From: Eubacteriales bacterium
GTDB lineage: Bacteria > Bacillota > Clostridia > Oscillospirales > CAG-272
Assembly (NCBI GenBank): GCA_045656745.1
Contig: JAZORT010000028.1
Location: 8,862 to 72,861 of the forward strand
Direction: 5' to 3'
Length of the DNA: 64,000 bases
The translations under genes were made by a program, and so were the position numbers. Under the pieces are notes generated by a model. That model did not search any database. It was not told where the DNA came from and was given only the letters and a program-made list of their open reading frames with translations. Positions 34,312 to 43,785 of the stretch are shown in pieces. The first letter of the stretch is position 1; every line of letters begins with the position of its first letter.

Positions 34312-35262
34312 ATGAAAAACGAGAAAATCTGGGCATTCCTCATTCACCTCGGCTCTAATATGTGGGCAAAAAAAGGTACAACGTGGGGAAGAAGACTGCA
34401 CATAGAAGAATTTGGTTATAAAGACGAAATGTTCTGTGACAGAGAGGTTTGGAAAAAGGTCGTTGACTTCCTTCCCTCTCAAGGCTTTAATACCCTGCTC
34501 ATCGACATAGGCGAGGGACTTGTGCTTGACTCTCACCCGGAGATTGCAACCAAGGGTGCTTGGACAAAGGAAGAATTAAAGGCAGAAATCGTAAGGCTTC
34601 GCGAAATGGGAATTACCTGTATTCCGAAGTTTAATTTCTCCACAAGACACAATGCATGGATGGGAGAATGGGCTTACAGAGTCGGCGCACCGGAATATTA
34701 CCAGATGTGCCGCGACATCGTTGAAGAGGTTATTGACCTCTTTGAAACTCCGAAGCTTTTCCATCTTGGTCTTGAAGAGGAGATAGCTCACCAAAACGAT
34801 AGCGTAAATATCTGCCGTTCCGCAAAAAAGAAAATCGAGGATGCACTCGACCTTATCAACCTTTGCATAAAAAGAGGCGTGCGCCCTTGGATATGGCTTG
34901 ACGTTGACGGCTTTGGCGGATGGGATAATTTCTGTAAGAATATCCCCAAGGAAACCGTAGTATCGACCTGGTTCTACGGAATAATCCCCCCTAACGGCAA
35001 TCCCAAAAGCGCACCTAAAGAGGCTTATTACATGAAGGAGCTTGACGAATACGGCTACGAGCAGATCCCCACAAGCTCATCAAGGCAGTATCATCTGAAC
35101 TCCAAGGAAACGATGATGTTCGGGCAGGAATACTGTAATAACGGTACTATCATCGGTCATATGACCGCGTCTTGGTATCTTACTACCGAGCGCAGACTTT
35201 ACGCACTCTATAACGATGCCTACATATTTAACTGGGCAAGAAAAGACGTTTTCGGCGAATAA
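34312..35262 (+). CDS. 316-aa cytoplasmic TIM-barrel-like hydrolase candidate, tandem paralog 1
   Basis: RBS GGAGAA. The motif FHLGLEEE recalls the GH20-type H-x-G-x-D/E-E catalytic block, but the family is unassigned. It has the same length as the next gene and, by eye, is about three quarters identical to it. Confidence 0.7.
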   Translation: MKNEKIWAFLIHLGSNMWAKKGTTWGRRLHIEEFGYKDEMFCDREVWKKVVDFLPSQGFNTLLIDIGEGLVLDSHPEIATKGAWTKEELKAEIVRLREMGITCIPKFNFSTRHNAWMGEWAYRVGAPEYYQMCRDIVEEVIDLFETPKLFHLGLEEEIAHQNDSVNICRSAKKKIEDALDLINLCIKRGVRPWIWLDVDGFGGWDNFCKNIPKETVVSTWFYGIIPPNGNPKSAPKEAYYMKELDEYGYEQIPTSSSRQYHLNSKETMMFGQEYCNNGTIIGHMTASWYLTTERRLYALYNDAYIFNWARKDVFGE

Positions 35263-35283
35263 ATTGAAAAAAGGAAATAAAAA

Positions 35284-36234
35284 ATGAGAAACGAAAGAAT
35301 TTGGGCATTCCTCATACACCTAGGCTCAAATATGTGGGCTAAAAAAGGAACTACTTGGGGAAGAAAAATACACGAAGAGGACTTTGGCTACAAGGAAGAG
35401 ATGTTCTGCGACAGAGAGGTTTGGCGCAAGGTCGTCGACTTCCTTCCCGAACAAGGCTTCAACACCCTGCTTATCGACATCGGCGAAGGTCTGCAGCTTG
35501 ACTCTCACCCCGAGCTTGCCACCAAGGGCGCTTGGACAAAGGAAGAGCTTCGCGCGGAAATCAAGAGGCTGAAGGAAATGGGAATCACCTGTCTTCCCAA
35601 GTTTAACTTCTCCTGCCGTCACAACGCTTGGATGGGCGAGTGGGCTTACAGAGTAGGCTCTGCCGAGTATTATCAGATGTGCCGTGACATCGTTGAAGAG
35701 GTTATCGACGTATTCGACACTCCCGAGCTCTTCCACCTCGGTCTTGAGGAGGAAGTCCCCCACCAGAACGACGAGGTCAGCATTTGCCGTTCTCCCGAAA
35801 AGAAGATCGAAGACGCTCTCGACCTCTTTGCCGTCTGCCGTAAAAAGGGCGTTCGTCCTTGGATATGGCTCGACGTTGAAAGCTTTGGCGGTTGGGATAA
35901 GTTCTGTGAAAGAATTCCCAAGGACGTCGTTATTTCGACCTGGCACTACGGAATGATCCCCAACAACGGCGATCCCAAGAAGGTTGACAAAGAAGCGTAT
36001 TACATCAAGGAGCTTGACGAATACGGCTACGACCAGATCCCCACAAGCTCTACCTGGGCTTGGCATTGCAACACCAAGGACACTATGAATTACTGTAAGA
36101 TGTATTGCGAAAACGGTACGGTTATCGGATATATGACCGCCTCCTGGATGCTTACCTGCAAGCGCAAGCTCCACGCCCTTTACAACGATGCATATACCTT
36201 CGGCTGGGCAAAGCGTGATATTTACGGAGAATAA
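35284..36234 (+). CDS. 316-aa cytoplasmic TIM-barrel-like hydrolase candidate, tandem paralog 2
   Basis: Collinear with 34312..35262 (MRNERIWAFLIHLGSNMWAKKGTTWGR.. vs MKNEKIWAFLIHLGSNMWAKKGTTWGR..). It starts 21 nt after paralog 1. Confidence 0.7.
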   Translation: MRNERIWAFLIHLGSNMWAKKGTTWGRKIHEEDFGYKEEMFCDREVWRKVVDFLPEQGFNTLLIDIGEGLQLDSHPELATKGAWTKEELRAEIKRLKEMGITCLPKFNFSCRHNAWMGEWAYRVGSAEYYQMCRDIVEEVIDVFDTPELFHLGLEEEVPHQNDEVSICRSPEKKIEDALDLFAVCRKKGVRPWIWLDVESFGGWDKFCERIPKDVVISTWHYGMIPNNGDPKKVDKEAYYIKELDEYGYDQIPTSSTWAWHCNTKDTMNYCKMYCENGTVIGYMTASWMLTCKRKLHALYNDAYTFGWAKRDIYGE

Positions 36235-36235
36235 G

Positions 36236-37120
36236 ATGCTTTCTGTTTTAGAAGATCTAAAATCCTCACACATAATCAAGGGTGACGAGCGACATGCCTA
36301 CCGCGACCCTGCGGTGCTTTATAAGGATGGTGTGTTTTACATTTATTTCACCTTGGTCGAAACCGAGGCGGACGGCACGGTGTATATGTATACCGCTGAA
36401 ACGCGCACGGCAGACCTTACGAATTTCACTCCGATAAAAAAGCTTACAGTACGCGACAGAAGATATAATTTTTCAAGTCCGGGTAACGTTGTTTTTCACG
36501 ACGGGAAATACAAGATGTGTCTGCAGACCTATTGCAGAGAAAACGGCGAAAAGTTCGGCAACGACAACAGCCGAATCTTCATTATGGAAAGCGCGGACCT
36601 TGAGAGCTGGGATACTCCCTACCCTATTTTGGCAAAGGGAGCCACTCCGCTCTCCGAGCTTGGCAGAATGATCGACCCATACCTTATTTATGAGGAAGAG
36701 GCTGACGTTTGGCATCTCTTCTACAAGCAAAACGGCGTAAGCCACTCCACCTCGCACGATTTGAAGCATTTTAATTACGAGGGCTTTATCGACGGCGGTG
36801 AAAACGTGAGCGTTATCGAAGCGGACGGCGGCTACTATATGTTCCATTCGCCGAGAAACGGCATCGGAGTTAAATTCTCCTCGGATCTGCGTAATTGGAG
36901 GGATGTCGGAGAGCCTCTCGTGTTCGGTCAAAGCGGATGGCCTTGGGCTATGGGCAGACTTACCGCGGGAGCTATCGTTGAGCTTTCGGAAAACGGAGGA
37001 CCGCTTTATCTTATGTTTTTCCACGGCACGGGACCCGAGGACGAGGAAGTTATATTTGACACTCACGCGGGTATCGGCGTTGCCTGGAGCTTTGATCTGA
37101 AAAACTGGATATGGAAATAA
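36236..37120 (+). CDS. five-bladed beta-propeller glycoside hydrolase-like protein (GH43/GH32 clan-like)
   Basis: Start placed at MLSVLEDL (ATG at 36236, 1 nt after the upstream stop). Motifs YRDPAVLYKDGVFYIYFT and MIDPYLIYEEEADVWHLFYK resemble GH43-type Asp-containing blades. No signal peptide. Confidence 0.6.
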   Translation: MLSVLEDLKSSHIIKGDERHAYRDPAVLYKDGVFYIYFTLVETEADGTVYMYTAETRTADLTNFTPIKKLTVRDRRYNFSSPGNVVFHDGKYKMCLQTYCRENGEKFGNDNSRIFIMESADLESWDTPYPILAKGATPLSELGRMIDPYLIYEEEADVWHLFYKQNGVSHSTSHDLKHFNYEGFIDGGENVSVIEADGGYYMFHSPRNGIGVKFSSDLRNWRDVGEPLVFGQSGWPWAMGRLTAGAIVELSENGGPLYLMFFHGTGPEDEEVIFDTHAGIGVAWSFDLKNWIWK

Positions 37121-37152
37121 CGAAAAGGACTGCGAATTCGCAGTCCTTTTCG
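37121..37152. terminator. perfect 32-nt palindrome, bidirectional terminator
   Basis: cgaaaaggactgcgaattcgcagtccttttcg lies between convergent genes. Confidence 0.65.
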
Positions 37153-37173
37153 TTATAGTTTGTGGTTACTTAA

Positions 37174-38190
37174 TTATTTTCCGCTCATTTTGTGAACGAG
37201 AGGCCAGGAAGCATCGGCATAGAATCTGTGTCCCTCAGGGCCTGTAACGAGCGCACAGTTATCGGGCACGCCTGCAGCCGCGTAGAGGGGCTTTATAATC
37301 TCCATTGTTTCTACAACGCCCTCGTCGGGGAAGATATCGTCATACTTTCCGTTTACAACGATAAGGTTACGGGGAGCGATAAGTCCGCCGATGTCGCCCA
37401 TATCAAAGTATCTTGCGATATTAGGCACGAAGTTGCAGACGCAATGCTCCATTGCCGCAATAGAATGCTTGTAGGTGCAGACTGCACAGGAGGGCATAGC
37501 AAGCTTTATACGCTCGTCGATCGCCGCTGCATAGAAGGTTGCAGTTCCGCCGCCGGAGTTACCCATGAGCATTACGTTTTCTCTGTCGAGGAAGTCGAAG
37601 TTTTCAAGGGCGTCGATAACGGTCATGGTGTCAACCACACGCTCGCCTATGGTAGTTCTGCCGTTGATGATCGCGCTCATTGAGGAAACGTGACAGCCGG
37701 GGTTCTTAGAAACCGCCTCCTTGTATCCGAGCTCGCCAAAGTTACGCTGCTCGATAGCGATAGCCGCAAAGCCTTCCTTAACCGCTCTTACAACAAAGTC
37801 GCGGTCACCGCCGGATATTGACTGAACATCTCTTGCGTATATGGGATTACCGAGAGAAATGTGCATACCGGTTGAATGTCCCTGAAGAGTAAGCATTACG
37901 GGAATGGGTGCTTTTACGCCGTGGGGAACACGCATAACGCAAGGGAATACATAATTTTCTTCACTTTCAAGAGTGAAGCGGTATTCGTCGTAGCCCTCAC
38001 ATTCCTTCTTATATTCAATTGTGAAATTGTTGTTTTTTGCTCTATGTATATTCTGGAGTCCGAGAAGCTCGGCAAGCTTTGCTCTCGCTTCCTTCTGCCA
38101 CGCAGCAAAGTCACCGCCTTTATATCGCATTGAAGGCTCCATGGACTTTATTATTTCGAGATTATGCTCCCAAGGCATACGCTTTAACAT
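37174..38190 (-). CDS. alpha/beta-hydrolase, putative carbohydrate (acetyl) esterase
   Basis: Nucleophile elbow MLMGNSGGGTATFYAA (G-x-S-x-G). The overall layout resembles acetyl-xylan-esterase/dienelactone-hydrolase-type proteins. No signal peptide. Confidence 0.7.
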   Translation of the reverse strand: MLKRMPWEHNLEIIKSMEPSMRYKGGDFAAWQKEARAKLAELLGLQNIHRAKNNNFTIEYKKECEGYDEYRFTLESEENYVFPCVMRVPHGVKAPIPVMLTLQGHSTGMHISLGNPIYARDVQSISGGDRDFVVRAVKEGFAAIAIEQRNFGELGYKEAVSKNPGCHVSSMSAIINGRTTIGERVVDTMTVIDALENFDFLDRENVMLMGNSGGGTATFYAAAIDERIKLAMPSCAVCTYKHSIAAMEHCVCNFVPNIARYFDMGDIGGLIAPRNLIVVNGKYDDIFPDEGVVETMEIIKPLYAAAGVPDNCALVTGPEGHRFYADASWPLVHKMSGK

Positions 38191-38366
38191 TTTATTTTCT
38201 CCTTAAAATTTATTTTGCACACGCGCATAATTATTATAGCACAGCATCAAACTCCAGTCAACAGCAAAACTGACATTAAATTAAAAATTTCAAATATAAC
38301 AGAAAAATGCAAAACCTATTGCACAAAACATAAAATTATGTTATAATATCATAACAAAACATAAAA

Positions 38367-39095
38367 ATGGAGTTTGTTATGATTAACGTAAAATTAATCG
38401 AAAGTGAAGCTTCAAAAACCACTAAAACAGCACCGGAGCATAGAATCATCCAAATAATCGAAGGCAAAGGTCAAATCAAAACAGCAAGATCCTCTTACGA
38501 TCTGTTCCCCGGTCTTATAGTAATAATTCCGCCAAAGCTTGAATACACCTTGTCATTCAGCGCTGAAAGCAGATTGATTTCTATGGAAGGCAACTTCTCA
38601 AGGCTATACTTTTTAAAAGAGGTTTACTGTCTTCTTGACAACCTTTACAAAGAAGGACAGATGCTTGCCGAGGCTATGCTTCGACACAGCCGTGAAAACA
38701 AGGATTATACCGTTACCCTCTTCGATGCATATTTGAAATATATCTCGCTTAACGTCACCGCTTTTGACAGCTTTAATTCAATAATACACTCTATAACGAC
38801 AAAAATTGAAAACAGTTACAGCGATCCATATTTCGACCTTATGCAGCTGATAAGCAGTCAAGGATATGCTACCGACTACGTTAGAGCGAAATTCCTAAAG
38901 ATAACGGGAATGACGCCGGTTGAATATCTGATGAACGTCAGAATAAACAATGCAAAAACGATGCTTGAAATATTCGACGATGCTTGCATTCAGGAAATAG
39001 CCTCAAGATGCGGTTATTTTGACTCCGCGTACTTTACAAGGTGCTTTAAAAAGATCGTTGGAATGTCACCGAGAGAATACCGGCAAAAGCACTAG
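38367..39095 (+). CDS. AraC family transcriptional regulator
   Basis: HTH: LISSQGYATDYVRAKFLKITGMTPVEYLMNVRINNAKTMLEIFDDACIQEIASRCGYFDSAYFTRCFKKIVGMSPREY. The ATG at 38379 (MINVK), which follows GGAG, may be the true start. Confidence 0.85.
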   Translation: MEFVMINVKLIESEASKTTKTAPEHRIIQIIEGKGQIKTARSSYDLFPGLIVIIPPKLEYTLSFSAESRLISMEGNFSRLYFLKEVYCLLDNLYKEGQMLAEAMLRHSRENKDYTVTLFDAYLKYISLNVTAFDSFNSIIHSITTKIENSYSDPYFDLMQLISSQGYATDYVRAKFLKITGMTPVEYLMNVRINNAKTMLEIFDDACIQEIASRCGYFDSAYFTRCFKKIVGMSPREYRQKH

Positions 39096-39119
39096 CGTTT
39101 GCGGAGCAAAAGCTCGTGC

Positions 39120-40343
39120 TTAAGGCATTCTTCCTTCGGGAACGGGCGCTTTTACTACCGGCTTTTGAGCTCTTATAATTGATATGAATTCTTCAAAATC
39201 AGCCTTGTCGAAGGTTTTGGAAGAGATTCCCAGATTTGTAAGCAATATTGATATTACACCGCCCGAAACTATCGTAGTGGCATTTACGTCACCTTCTGCC
39301 GTTTCCTTAAGAGCGGAAGGAACATTTTGAGATCTTGCGGCTGAAAAATCGGGAGAATAGGAAAAGCTTCCGTCCGGCTTTGCAAACACCCTTGCCTTAT
39401 CGGTGGCCGAGCGTACTATATCGTAGGCATTTTCGTGCAACCTTGAGATAAGCTTTGACGCGTCGTAGCTTTCATCCACGAGCTTTAACATATATATCTG
39501 CTGGCTCAATGCAGATATGGGGTTATAAATATAAACTATTTGGTCTACCTTATCCTTGGATTTCAGCAATGAAAAGATACTGTTTGCTACCGTTTCGGAA
39601 TAATTGATCTTTCTTCCGGCGTTGATATATATAGCGCTGAGCTTCATTAAGCCGGAAATACTTCGGTAGGATATTTCATCCTCCCAAAGACCGTTCTTAA
39701 GATTTTGCTTTGAATCAAGGAATTTACAGCACTCATCAAGTAGTCCTGCTGCTTTTATTTGTACCATTTGGGAATTGAGGGCATTTCCGAAGGGGAAAGA
39801 GCTTTTAAGCTCAAATTCCTTTTCAAGATATTCGCGAAATACCTTTTTGCTCTTTAAGTGGTCGGGAATCGCTTTTGCGCTTTGGCGCTCGCTTCCCTGA
39901 AGCAACTCAACGGCGGTTTTTCTCGGCGGGGTTTTGCCAAGCATATTATAGACTATTCTCCCCCACTGAAGGTCGCGACCTCTTCTCGACGTTCCTATAT
40001 TTTTTCCCCATTGAGGATGATAGAAATATCCGTCATCCGAAAGGCAGGAGTCGGCAAATCCAACAAGCTTATCCGCTATATCGGCAGGCATAGCCTTTGC
40101 CATGCTTCCATAGGATTCGATCATTCCTCTGTCGTCTATAAAGCGCAAAATCTGTGCTGTGCTTTCAAGGTCTACGCCAAAGCCTTCGTGATCCCTCGCA
40201 CTCTCCGAATAGTAAAAAGCTCCGCTTTGGGGATCCCAAAGTCTTGCCATCCAACGAACGGCGTCCATATTAAGCAAAAATACGAATTCCTCAAGAGCGT
40301 CTGCAAATTTTCTATCAAGTCCCAAAAGAAAATCTTTATTCAC
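39120..40343 (-). CDS. cytoplasmic prenyltransferase/terpene-cyclase-like alpha/alpha-toroid repeat protein, paralog B
   Basis: I prefer the GTG start at 40343 (VNKDFLLGLDRKFADAL), which follows AAGGAG and aligns with MNKNLLIGVEPKLAEAL of paralog A. The track ATG at 40376 has no SD. Motifs: DDGYFYHPQWG, QNLKNGLWEDE, KPDGSFSY, GDVNATT. Confidence 0.7.
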   Translation of the reverse strand: MNKDFLLGLDRKFADALEEFVFLLNMDAVRWMARLWDPQSGAFYYSESARDHEGFGVDLESTAQILRFIDDRGMIESYGSMAKAMPADIADKLVGFADSCLSDDGYFYHPQWGKNIGTSRRGRDLQWGRIVYNMLGKTPPRKTAVELLQGSERQSAKAIPDHLKSKKVFREYLEKEFELKSSFPFGNALNSQMVQIKAAGLLDECCKFLDSKQNLKNGLWEDEISYRSISGLMKLSAIYINAGRKINYSETVANSIFSLLKSKDKVDQIVYIYNPISALSQQIYMLKLVDESYDASKLISRLHENAYDIVRSATDKARVFAKPDGSFSYSPDFSAARSQNVPSALKETAEGDVNATTIVSGGVISILLTNLGISSKTFDKADFEEFISIIRAQKPVVKAPVPEGRMP

Positions 40344-40569
40344 GGTTGTATACACTCCTTGTAAAAAATATATCATCTGTTTGTATTATAATATATTTTA
40401 TCTGAAAACAGCTAGGACAAAACAGAGCGTGTTTTGTACAAAACATAAATTTGGCGTATTTTGCCTCTAATATTACGGCAATGTGCAAGTTTATATCGGT
40501 ATAATCCGTTGTATATATCCGAGTATAATGCTATAATTTACATAATCCATAAAATTTAAGGAAGAAAAC

Positions 40570-41874
40570 ATGAAAAAATACGATCTAACAGTCATAGGCG
40601 GCGGATTTGGCGGCGTAAGCGCGGCGATCTCTGCGGCAAGAGAAGGACTAAAAGTCCTTATCGTTGATAAAAACGGCAGTTTTGGCGGCGCAATGTCATC
40701 AGGGTTGGTATATCCCTTCTGCCCTTATTGGACTTCCGACGGACGTTTCGCAACGAAAATAATAAACTCGGGAATTTTCTCCGAAATGCGTAAGAGAGCC
40801 TTCGAAAAGGAGTTCCCCGAGGGCAATTTTGAGCTTTTTGATGCTCCGATAGACATTAGAGCAACCGACAACAAGCTCCGTTTCTTCTCTCCTGAATTTT
40901 TCAAGGCAGTGCTTGATGATATGGTAAGCGAAGCGGGAGTTGACGTTATTTTCCACGCCACGCTCTGCAAGGTTGACTGCGAGAACGGGAAAATAAAATC
41001 CGTTAGCCTTGCAACGAAATCCGGAATGTTCGAAATCGAAGCCGACTATTTTGTTGACGGTACGGGTGACGGTGCTTTATTCTACCTCGCAGGCTGCGAT
41101 CACCTTCTCGGCAGAGAGGAGGACAATCTCACCCAACCGATGACAACCTGCTTTAGAGTTTGCAATATCGATACCGATTTATACAAAAAAGAGCTTCCGG
41201 AGCTTCAAAAGCTTTACAAGGAGTACAGAAGCTCGGGCAAGATCAAAAATCCAAGAGAAAATCTTTTGCAATTTTACGGTCTTGGCGACGGTATAATACA
41301 TTACAACACAACGAGAGTAGTTAAATTTAATCCCGTTGATCCTTTGGAAATTTCCAAGGCTGAAATAGAGGCAAGAAGCCAGGTAATTGAAGTATTCTCG
41401 TTCTTAAAAAACAACTCAAAGGCATATAAAAACGCAACGCTTATCTCCGTTGCGAGCGAAATAGGCGTCAGAGAGTCGAGAAAACTTATCGGAGAGCATT
41501 TACTTACAACCGATGAGTTGTTTGAATCGGTGAAATTTGAGGACAGAATCGCTTTAGGAAACTACGACGTTGACATACATTCGCCGGACGGAACGGGAAC
41601 CTGTATCAAAAAATACGATCCTTCAAAATACTACTATATTCCCTACCGTTCGCTTTTACCAAAGGAATACGATAATCTTCTCGTTGTGGGAAGGTGCATT
41701 TCGGCAAGTCACGAGGCACAATCATCGGTAAGAATTATGCCTATTTGTGCATCGATGGGACAAGCCGCAGGTGTTGCAATAGCCAACGCAAAGAAGAACG
41801 GTAAAAGCACAAAGAATATTGATATTAGTGAGGTTCAAAACCGCCTTCGCGAGCTTTCGGCGGCAATAGACTGA
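40570..41874 (+). CDS. FAD-dependent oxidoreductase (FAD_oxidored / GidA-like Rossmann N terminus)
   Basis: The dinucleotide-binding motif YDLTVIGGGFGGVSAAISAAREGLKVLIVDK is followed by GGAMSSG. RBS AAGGAAG. Confidence 0.8.
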   Translation: MKKYDLTVIGGGFGGVSAAISAAREGLKVLIVDKNGSFGGAMSSGLVYPFCPYWTSDGRFATKIINSGIFSEMRKRAFEKEFPEGNFELFDAPIDIRATDNKLRFFSPEFFKAVLDDMVSEAGVDVIFHATLCKVDCENGKIKSVSLATKSGMFEIEADYFVDGTGDGALFYLAGCDHLLGREEDNLTQPMTTCFRVCNIDTDLYKKELPELQKLYKEYRSSGKIKNPRENLLQFYGLGDGIIHYNTTRVVKFNPVDPLEISKAEIEARSQVIEVFSFLKNNSKAYKNATLISVASEIGVRESRKLIGEHLLTTDELFESVKFEDRIALGNYDVDIHSPDGTGTCIKKYDPSKYYYIPYRSLLPKEYDNLLVVGRCISASHEAQSSVRIMPICASMGQAAGVAIANAKKNGKSTKNIDISEVQNRLRELSAAID

Positions 41875-41875
41875 T

Positions 41876-43525
41876 ATGATTTTTATACATAACTACGCTC
41901 CCAAATATACCGCAAAGCTTATAGAGCTTGGAATAGCGAAAAAGGGCGACGGATTTAAAATTTCTCAACACTATGCAACACCCGAAGAAATGCGTTTTAA
42001 CAACGTTGCAAAAAAAGACGGAGAGCTATATAAAATCGTAAAAAAGCTTGGCTCCTGCTTTTATATAGACCGTCTTCAGGGGGGAACCTTTTATTCGGAA
42101 TACGACTATGACGAGGAATTACTGTCGGAATACGAAAAACTCTGCGATTTTCTCGGTTTTCAGCTTCACGAGCTTGGCACGACCAGAATGCTGGACTGGA
42201 ACAGGATCGACAGACAGTTAAAAGCATTTGGATACGAGAAAACGGAAGAAAATATTATCGAAGCTGTAAGAGCCGTTTCGGCAAACAAGGTCGTTTTGCA
42301 CTTTTCTCAAGGACGCCCTTCGGAATATGCACAAAAAGAGATGCCCAAAACTCTAACGGAAGCATTTGACGATATTAAATCGGTTTTGGAAAATGCTATC
42401 AAGCGCACTAAAAACAGAGTGTTTAACTGCGATGCGGGCACTATGCTTGCGGCGATTGATACAACGCTCAATCTTCCCCTTTCATTTATTGAGGTTGGAT
42501 GTCAAACGAAATTTTCGAGAACGCAATACGCCTTAAGACGAGGTGCATCCCACGCTGTCGGAGCAAAATGGGGCGCATATCTTGAGCCGTGGAGTCACAT
42601 GGCAAACGGTACTACCTGTTATTGCTTTATGCGCGACGGATCAAATGAGTGGAACATTCAAGGCGAGGGATTTGCATATCATCATGACGGCGAAAGAGGA
42701 GGAAGCTCTATGTCGTATGCAAAAAGAATGATGTATTATACCCTGTTCTCGGGAGCGGACTATTTCTCAGAGGAATGGGGACAGTCCAACACCTTCTACG
42801 ACTTTGAAAGCTTTGAATTATCCCCTTACGGAAGGATAAAAAAAGAATTCTGCGACTTTGCAACAGACTTTAAAAACGTAAAAGCCTATGCGCCCATCGC
42901 AATCGTTATCCCAAGAGAATACGGTGTTTTAAACACACACACGAGAGTTTTCCCCTACGAAACCATCATCGATGATACGAAGACGAAAAGAAGGATGGAA
43001 ACCGCAGAAAGACTTGCGTCCTTTATTTACAACAAAGCAAATCTCGGAAGCGAGGACGAATATTTTTCAAACGGCGTACTACCCAGCATTTTTGATGTTA
43101 TTTTCGAGGATTCCTACGAAAAGATCCCCGAGAGCTACGAGCTTATAATTGATCTTTCGGGAATGATACAAAAATCCGACCGAACGATTGACGGTTGGAG
43201 TGACGAAGTATTTGACAAAATCAAAGAATTTAAAGAGAAAAAAATGCCTGTTGAAATCTCAGCAACGGCCGATCTCGATTACACAATTTTTACAAACAAC
43301 GAGAAAAAATACGCGGCAGTATTTAACCACGCAGGCGTTTCAAAAACCGTTGAACATGGCGAATCTACAAATCCCGAGGCATGTGTCTTCTTAAGTGCGA
43401 ATGCAAAGAATGGCAAGATCACGAAGCTTTACAATCTCTCAAATTCCGATTGTTCACTTGAAAATGGCAAACTTTCCGGATCGCTGCAAGGCGGTGAATT
43501 TATCCTCTTTGAATACGAAGAATAA
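41876..43525 (+). CDS. hypothetical 549-aa cytoplasmic protein, translationally coupled to the FAD oxidoreductase
   Basis: ATG at 41876 lies 1 nt after the upstream TGA (ctgATATGatt). No signal peptide or TM segment, and I recognise no family motif. Confidence 0.65.
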   Translation: MIFIHNYAPKYTAKLIELGIAKKGDGFKISQHYATPEEMRFNNVAKKDGELYKIVKKLGSCFYIDRLQGGTFYSEYDYDEELLSEYEKLCDFLGFQLHELGTTRMLDWNRIDRQLKAFGYEKTEENIIEAVRAVSANKVVLHFSQGRPSEYAQKEMPKTLTEAFDDIKSVLENAIKRTKNRVFNCDAGTMLAAIDTTLNLPLSFIEVGCQTKFSRTQYALRRGASHAVGAKWGAYLEPWSHMANGTTCYCFMRDGSNEWNIQGEGFAYHHDGERGGSSMSYAKRMMYYTLFSGADYFSEEWGQSNTFYDFESFELSPYGRIKKEFCDFATDFKNVKAYAPIAIVIPREYGVLNTHTRVFPYETIIDDTKTKRRMETAERLASFIYNKANLGSEDEYFSNGVLPSIFDVIFEDSYEKIPESYELIIDLSGMIQKSDRTIDGWSDEVFDKIKEFKEKKMPVEISATADLDYTIFTNNEKKYAAVFNHAGVSKTVEHGESTNPEACVFLSANAKNGKITKLYNLSNSDCSLENGKLSGSLQGGEFILFEYEE

Positions 43526-43547
43526 AGCGATAGTAAATTCTTTCATT

Positions 43548-43586
43548 AAAAAAAGGAGTACGAAACCTAGTTCGTACTCCTTTTTT
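43548..43586 (+). terminator. intrinsic terminator
   Basis: Stem ggagtacgaa (43555-43564) pairs with ttcgtactcc (43571-43580), followed by tttttt. An A run precedes the hairpin. Confidence 0.7.
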
Positions 43587-43618
43587 AGTCTTTGTGCATA
43601 ACAAAAAATCCCACACTC

Positions 43619-43692
43619 TGTGCGTGAGGTGGTCGATCCACGGCTTCGCCAAAACAAAAGGATGCCACAAGGGCATCTTTTATACGGGTGGG
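43619..43692. repeat. copy 1 of a duplicated roughly 65-75-nt element (hairpins, terminator, short tRNA-Val 3' fragment)
   Basis: tgtgcgtgaggtggtcgatccacggcttcgccaaaacaaaaggatgccacaagggcatctttt, followed by atacgggtggg. It is nearly identical to 43786-43871. Confidence 0.7.
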
Positions 43693-43785
43693 TTTTGCCG
43701 CTTTGCGTCAATATTTCTGCGTTCACCGCTGAAAAGCAAGCTTTTCGACGGTTTTACTTGAAATGCGAACCACATTCACGCACTT

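Noticed and set aside
35326-36279. 317-aa reverse-strand ORF opposite tandem paralog 2
   Set aside because: It is antisense to a gene supported by a conserved tandem paralog. No equivalent antisense ORF is conserved opposite paralog 1, and there is no SD.
40344-40376. Track ATG start (40376) for toroid paralog B
   Set aside because: It has no SD upstream. The GTG at 40343 follows AAGGAG and aligns with the start of paralog A. Confidence in this re-call is moderate, because the 11-nt spacer is on the long side.
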